Positions 58,850 to 64,000 of a stretch of DNA of 64,000 bases are shown in pieces. Under the pieces are notes generated by a model, which did no database searches, had not been told where the DNA came from, and saw nothing but the letters and a program-made list of their open reading frames with translations. Position 1 is the first letter of the stretch, and every line of letters begins with the position of its first letter. The position numbers were made by a program, and so were the translations under genes. Source of the stretch: an uncultured delta proteobacterium (GTDB taxonomy: Bacteria; Desulfobacterota; Binatia; UBA9968); assembly GCA_963840855.1 (NCBI GenBank), contig CAWJBB010000050.1:1-64000 (forward strand), in the 5' to 3' direction.

Positions 58850-59638
58850 ATGAGATTTACGGTTAGTATTTGGATGATAGTACTTGCACTCGTTGGTACG
58901 CCTCTCGTATGGCCTGGCGAAGGTCAGGCCGGAGTGGAGGAGGAACTCGGCGAATTGCGCAAAGAGCTGGCTGAAATCAAGAAGGAGCTAGCGGAGATCA
59001 AAAAACTAGTTTCAGGCGCTTTCAAGCCTCAAATTGCACCGAAGGCAACTGCCATGGTCAGCATCTCGGGAAAACCAAGCCTCGGACGCCAAGAAGCTCC
59101 AGTGACGCTGGTTGAGTTTTCGGACTACCAATGTCCGTTCTGCAGACATCATTTCTTGACCGTATTTCCGATTCTCAAGAAGGAGTACATAGAAACGGGC
59201 AAGCTTCGCTATGTATTCCGCGACTTTCCCCTCGACAGTATCCATCCCCAGGCGCAGAAAGCCCATGAAGCAGCCCGCTGCGCAGGGGAGCAGAGCAAGT
59301 ACTGGGATATGCATGATACGCTTTTTGAGAACTCGAAAGATCTCTCTCTATTAGCGCTGAAAGGGTACGCTACAAAGATCGGGCTGAACGGGGATCAATT
59401 TAATGCTTGCTTGGAAAGCAGCAAATACACCGCCGAAATAAATAGGGAACAGGCAGAAGGTGTTCAGTCAGGAGTGACCGGGACCCCAGCATTTTTCATT
59501 GGTCCAAGCGGGTCGGGAGAGAATATCACCGGTACTATGGTCAGCGGAGCGCAGCCATTAGCCAGGTTTAAGCAGATCATCGACGATTTATTAAAAGTCG
59601 CCAGTCAAACTGGCACAGCTAAGCCAACGAAGGAGTAA
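58850..59638 (+). CDS. DsbA/Com1-like thioredoxin-fold protein
   Basis: EFSDYQCPFC, RDFPL, GVTGTPAF and GAQP motifs; signal peptide and coiled coil. Confidence 0.92.
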   Translation: MRFTVSIWMIVLALVGTPLVWPGEGQAGVEEELGELRKELAEIKKELAEIKKLVSGAFKPQIAPKATAMVSISGKPSLGRQEAPVTLVEFSDYQCPFCRHHFLTVFPILKKEYIETGKLRYVFRDFPLDSIHPQAQKAHEAARCAGEQSKYWDMHDTLFENSKDLSLLALKGYATKIGLNGDQFNACLESSKYTAEINREQAEGVQSGVTGTPAFFIGPSGSGENITGTMVSGAQPLARFKQIIDDLLKVASQTGTAKPTKE

Positions 59639-59694
59639 GGAAGAAGGAAATTTTCGCAGCGAGCGCATCTCAGAGACGCACCTGTCATGGACCA

Positions 59695-59972
59695 GGGCGC
59701 AGCGTAACGATCATTCCCGATTCCGACGTATTCAATCGCCCGGACTTGCTTCGCGCCGTCTATGCTCTAGGCCGGGAACTGAGGGCGCTGGGGGCTGGTG
59801 TGAGCGTGGCTTGCATTGAGCAAACCGGGCCTGAGAAAGTCGGGCTGGATGATTTCTTAGTGGCGGGTGGGAGTGTTGCCGATTTGGAATTAGTCTCACT
59901 TGGGGGCAAAGGCTTTCGCTCGGCGGCGTTTTGTATCGCCGATGGAAGATGAAAGCGGCGCTGGCGGCGTAG
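59695..59972 (+). pseudogene. Remnant of a DUF3854/TOPRIM primase-like gene
   Basis: GRSVTIIPDSD...AVYALGRELRALGA.V...KVGLDDFL with no start codon. Confidence 0.6.
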
Positions 59973-60781
59973 TAAGAGCGGCGCGTGACAAAACGCAAAG
60001 GAATGAGATCCTGTGCGGAGGCTTAATGTACTGTAATTACAACTAAAGTTTCAGCCTGTGCCCGAATTGTGCCCGGAACGCGAACCGCGAACCCGCTTGG
60101 TGGCGAGTTGTTATCAGTTGTGATGCCGACCAGGAAGACGCTCGATCTGTAGTTCCGTGCGCGTGTAACGAAGATTGGCGCTGGAGTCACCCAATGCAGA
60201 AAAATTTCCCGCCGGCAGATTTTCCGTTTCCGCTTGCAGAATAACGCCCTCTGTCTGCGAAAATTCTTGCCGCCCGCGAAAATCTCCAAAGAGAAATCGT
60301 CCAAAGATGTAACAAATTGCTATTCTATTTATAAAGCTGGAGCCACCGTCCCCCGCCTGCTCGTCGCCGTTAGCGATACGCATCGTCGTTGCGGTAACGA
60401 GAACAGGCCCAATGATTCTCTACCGCTCTCCCCACCCATAAAATGGAATCACGCCGGTCAGCCCCCTTGATCAAACGGTCCGTCCTGACGGCGCCCGGTT
60501 CAAAGCTTTTCTTCATCCCTTCCCGTCAATTGCCCGTGTGGGCCAGTAACAGATTTCCACAGGGGCGACCGCCGAAACGCAGTTAATGTGACCTCTTGAA
60601 TGCCATTCAAAATCCGATCGTGACTAGCTACTTTCCGGTGCAAAAATCAGTTTTCAAACTTTGGCGATTGCCGTACATTTTGCGAGGATCGCCGGAGCGC
60701 CGGAGCGCCGGGCGCTTATCCTTTCACCCGGCGCCCTGCTTTTGACTTCATGCCATTGGGTACACTATGCATGATGTTCGC

Positions 60782-60922
60782 ATGGCTAAGAAAGCAAAAA
60801 AGAAAAAGGGGCAAACGAAGCGAACAATAATCAGAACAGACGAGGATTTTCAGAAAGCGCTAGACATTGTGGAACGTGCAGTAATGAAACCGCGGGTTTC
60901 ACCAAAGCGAAAGAAAAAATAG
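60782..60922 (+). CDS. Small basic protein (46 aa), possibly DNA-binding
   Basis: MAKKAKKKKGQTKRTIIRTDEDFQKALDIVERAVMKPRVSPKRKKK. Confidence 0.4.
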   Translation: MAKKAKKKKGQTKRTIIRTDEDFQKALDIVERAVMKPRVSPKRKKK

Positions 60923-61156
60923 CTGGCCGGGAATCTCGTGCGTCCAACTTTTTACCCTGTCCAATAAGTCCGCATGCAGCCAATCGCCAAAATGACGGTT
61001 ATCAGCAAAGCGAACGCAACGTACTCAAAGCCGTATTGTGCGAGGTAATAGCCTTCGACCCAAGCGGCCACGCCCGCAACTAATCCTCTTCGGTGTGCCA
61101 CCAGAGGGCTTCCTTCATTGACAAAGTAGCGCTGGACCATCGCGCTTCACTCTAGG

Positions 61157-61200
61157 AACGCCGATTTAGCGATAAGTCGGCGTTTCTTTTTGTCTTTTTC
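61157..61200 (+). terminator. Intrinsic terminator
   Basis: AACGCCGATTTA-GCGA-TAAGTCGGCGTT stem followed by a T-rich tract. Confidence 0.7.
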
Positions 61201-61473
61201 TCTTTCGCTTATTTCGCAGGTCGCGCAGGTTGACCTGATTTGATTGTTCAAAATGTTAAAATGCTTGTCAAAACGGCAAGCGCCCAAACCTGGGGGCATC
61301 TTTCTCGTTTGAAAAGTGGAGCCTTAATTAGCGGGCGCGGAGTTCGAGTTCCCTCAGCCGTCAGCAGGTCCGAAATGACCCGCTGACAATCGTTGATCGT
61401 CATTTTTGTCGTTGACCACGCGCTATGTCTGGAGGTATAGCTGCGACCATCTCCCCCATTTTCGGAGGTGTCG

Positions 61474-61827
61474 ATGGACCTCAAAGAATTCGTATCTGAA
61501 ACGCTTAGTCAACTTGTCGATGGCGTGATGGAGGCGCAGGCCCGCACAAAGGACAAAAAAGCGATGATAAACCCCCGGCTACTCGCGGACTCGACCACGG
61601 GAAAGATTGGTTTATTCCACACAAACTCTGGCACCGGCGCACCAGCGCAGATGGTTTCTTTTGACGTTGCTCTTACAGCCATGGAAGGCACCGGCACAAA
61701 GGGAGGCATCGGTGTGGTAGCAGGCATTCTTACTCTTGGGAGTACCGGCCAATCAAAAGAAGAAAGTTCATCTATAAGCCGTGTGAAGTTTTCGGTGCCA
61801 GTGTCACTTCCTGAATATCTCGACTAG
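61474..61827 (+). CDS. Trypco2-like (trypsin co-occurring domain 2) protein
   Basis: MDLKEFVSETL, VSFDVALTA, GGIGV and SRVKFSVPV pattern; GGAGG RBS. Confidence 0.65.
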   Translation: MDLKEFVSETLSQLVDGVMEAQARTKDKKAMINPRLLADSTTGKIGLFHTNSGTGAPAQMVSFDVALTAMEGTGTKGGIGVVAGILTLGSTGQSKEESSSISRVKFSVPVSLPEYLD

Positions 61828-61859
61828 CACCGCGATGACCCAAAGGAGGATTGCCATAT

Positions 61860-62099
61860 ATGAAACGTCTTGCTGTGCCGTTACTTTGCGCATGGGCACT
61901 TTTAGAACCGCCCCATAAGAACCTCGCGCCGATTCTCGATGCGCCATTTAAACAGTGGAAGATTGCCAGCTACTACCGCGACAAGATCAGTATCCCGTAT
62001 TATTTCGACACCCTGAAAGAGTGTGAGGATCGGCGAAAAGGACTCCCATTCGGCAGTGAGAAGGTATGCCTGCCAGTCAACCCGGTGCATCTCAATTAA
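61860..62099 (+). CDS. Small secreted protein (W.L..PP / W / FDT..EC family)
   Basis: AGGAGG RBS; motifs shared with the 62250 gene. Confidence 0.55.
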   Translation: MKRLAVPLLCAWALLEPPHKNLAPILDAPFKQWKIASYYRDKISIPYYFDTLKECEDRRKGLPFGSEKVCLPVNPVHLN

Positions 62100-62249
62100 A
62101 CTCCGACAACGGAACGGCATGACGACCCACCCGGCGACCGTACTCGACCAAGAATTCCCACAGCATGTTTTGTCCAGCTTCGCCCGCGAAACCCGGCAAA
62201 GGTACCAGCATCAGCATTATTATACTCGCCGCAAGGGAAGGGGCTTGTC

Positions 62250-62600
62250 ATGATTTTTTTATTCGGCTTTTTACTCGCGGGCATTTTGGTTTCCGGCATA
62301 GCCCAGGCCAGCCAAGGCTGGTATTTGCTCTTGCCCCCAGACAACAATCCTACTGCCGGGGTCAGTAAAAGATGGGAGCAGATGGGAGCATACGATACGG
62401 CTAAGGAATGTCAGAATGCATTAGCCGAGCGCCAAGCACGAACGCCAGAAGAAGAAAAGGAGCTTGAAGACTACGTTTACAAGAAGCTCACGGGGCAACT
62501 AACCGCCCAGGATGAAGCGCGGGCTAAATTACGTGGGCATATTCGTCTCCTTTGGTCATATGCTGTCTGCGTTGCCTCCGATGATCCTAGGCTTAAATGA
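62250..62600 (+). CDS. Small secreted protein (GWYLLLPP...YDTAKEC...CVASDDPRLK)
   Basis: Signal peptide AQA; two Cys. Confidence 0.7.
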   Translation: MIFLFGFLLAGILVSGIAQASQGWYLLLPPDNNPTAGVSKRWEQMGAYDTAKECQNALAERQARTPEEEKELEDYVYKKLTGQLTAQDEARAKLRGHIRLLWSYAVCVASDDPRLK

Positions 62601-63244
62601 AGCATCTCTTGGAGCGTGTTGAAATGGCTGAGTTGTCGGCACAGGGCAAGGTTGAATTGGAACTTGTGACCAAGGGAGCCACAGCTTTTTTAGAGTTGGA
62701 ACGACAGGCGCGGCGGGAAGCGCACGATATCAATGATAGGGAGGATAAATTTGCGGTCTGGATTGTGGCACTCTCCGCGGGAGCTATTGCGGGCATCAGT
62801 ACTGCTCCCAGACTTGCGGGTATTTCTCGCCTCGAAGCCATAATTGTGCTCGCGCCATTTGTTCTTAGCGTACTGATGGGCATCGTTTACAGATGGATAC
62901 TGAAGAAGTTTGACGTAGCTGAATTCCTCGCAAGCTATAATAAGCAATCGAGCTATATCGCGGTTTTGTCCGTTTTGTTGCCCAGAATACAATCGGATAG
63001 AGACATCAGCGATGTTAAGGCTAGATTGAAAGAAATTCATGAAAAACGAGACCCGAAATATAGCGCACTGGTTAAAAAGGTGGACTTGTGGGAGCGACTC
63101 GCGAGAATCTTCTGTTTCGCGCCAGCTGCGTTTTTTATCGGGGTTTTCGTGTTGGCGGTCGTGGCCTCTATCAATTGGCCAGATACGTCCCCCGGCTCTA
63201 AAACACCGAAAGAACTTCCCCAAATCCGGCAGGGCAAATCTTGA
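62597..63244 (+). CDS. Three-TM hypothetical membrane protein
   Basis: Hydrophobic helices; ATG overlaps the upstream stop. Confidence 0.65.
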   Translation: MKHLLERVEMAELSAQGKVELELVTKGATAFLELERQARREAHDINDREDKFAVWIVALSAGAIAGISTAPRLAGISRLEAIIVLAPFVLSVLMGIVYRWILKKFDVAEFLASYNKQSSYIAVLSVLLPRIQSDRDISDVKARLKEIHEKRDPKYSALVKKVDLWERLARIFCFAPAAFFIGVFVLAVVASINWPDTSPGSKTPKELPQIRQGKS

Positions 63245-63301
63245 TAAAGCGAGCCGTCTGGCGGAGTGACTATACGTTAATTTGGTGCTACGTTGCCGCA
63301 C

Positions 63302-63544
63302 ATGCCTGACCAATACGGCGTAGTGACAAGGCTCCTGGAAAAGATGGGCCTTGCGGAGTGGCACGTAGTCGAGCCGGTGCGTGGTGACCTGCGAGGAAAT
63401 GTCTGGATTCAAAATACGGAGAAACAGCTTGACGCTTACGTTCAGCTTTCCCCACGGGATGTTGATATTCTCTCCGAAGAAACAATGATTGAACGAATCC
63501 GGTCAGCAATTGCGGTGGCTACTGATGAGCGTTATCGGTCGTGA
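63302..63544 (+). CDS. Small hypothetical protein
   Basis: 80-aa ORF with protein-like composition. Confidence 0.45.
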   Translation: MPDQYGVVTRLLEKMGLAEWHVVEPVRGDLRGNVWIQNTEKQLDAYVQLSPRDVDILSEETMIERIRSAIAVATDERYRS

Positions 63545-64000
63545 CTGTGCCACTTTTGTGCCAGTTGTATCGACAAGGGCCAAAGACATCAGGGGAGGGA
63601 CGATGGGACAAATAGAATCAGCGGCCCCCGGACATCAAGGATAGTTCCTTTCTACCCTCCTTTTCAGAGTAAAACTCCAGGTGTTTCTCTCCTGGAGCAC
63701 TGCATTTCTCACTGCTAAGGAACAGCCATCCTGTCACTGGCCTGTCGCAGCTCGCCCCCCACTGTGAGCGCTTCGGGTCTGGATTCTCGACGTTGGCGCG
63801 CCAGCCATGGTTTATCCTTCTTCAACAAAGATGCGTTTGAGAGCTAAAACGTCACCGGCGCGGGGCATTTTGACAACGGTTTTGACATTTCATCGCAGCG
63901 GCTCGGCTTAGACCGCTTAGAATTAATATTCCTGGACGAGCTAGAAAAAATCCCCGATTACAGGGCCTACGCTCAAAACAAGAAATTATCAATTTATGCT

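Larger units (their letters stand above)
48147..64000. mobile_element. Integrated genomic island / composite of degraded elements extending beyond the window
   Basis: tRNA 3' fragment at the left edge, visibly more AT-rich DNA, LigD, primase remnant, many orphan small ORFs, arm-type repeats. Confidence 0.75.

Noticed and set aside
48147-64000. Complete DGR, retron or intact prophage
   Set aside because: No reverse transcriptase, template repeat, integrase, capsid or terminase ORF is visible in the window

Overview
Bacterial, fairly GC-rich DNA. The gene repertoire (many amidohydrolase_2, TctC/NMT1 binding proteins, Asp/Glu-racemase-like proteins, 9-bp GTTCAA intergenic arrays) suggests Candidatus Binatia or a related deltaproteobacterium; this is an inference. 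Positions ~1-47.9 kb are chromosomal metabolic and transport genes (ECF sigma/anti-sigma, gor, TTT and TRAP/ABC binding proteins, two MmgE/PrpD, a Deg protease, pirin, CbtB), with many REP/MITE-like repeats and several small gene remnants. This part contains a compact, apparently uncharacterised operon at 40.5-44.1 kb: secreted transglutaminase-like protein, Cys-rich TusA, DsrE, and a TusA domain fused to a MetE-like Zn thiol-transferase core. At 48087-48146 a 3' fragment of tRNA-Ser(CGA) marks the likely boundary of an integrated island that runs off the right end of the window. The island holds a DUF4062-nSTAND1-FGE-sulfatase protein whose 3' end looks like a DGR variable region (no RT or template repeat in the window), a LigD ligase domain plus a diverged partial copy, secreted repeat/adhesin proteins, a Cys-rich protein next to DsbA, a primase remnant, a Trypco2-like protein and several integrase arm-type repeat pairs. 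I found no rRNA, CRISPR array, integrase or reverse transcriptase. All family calls come from motif recognition by eye, not database searches.
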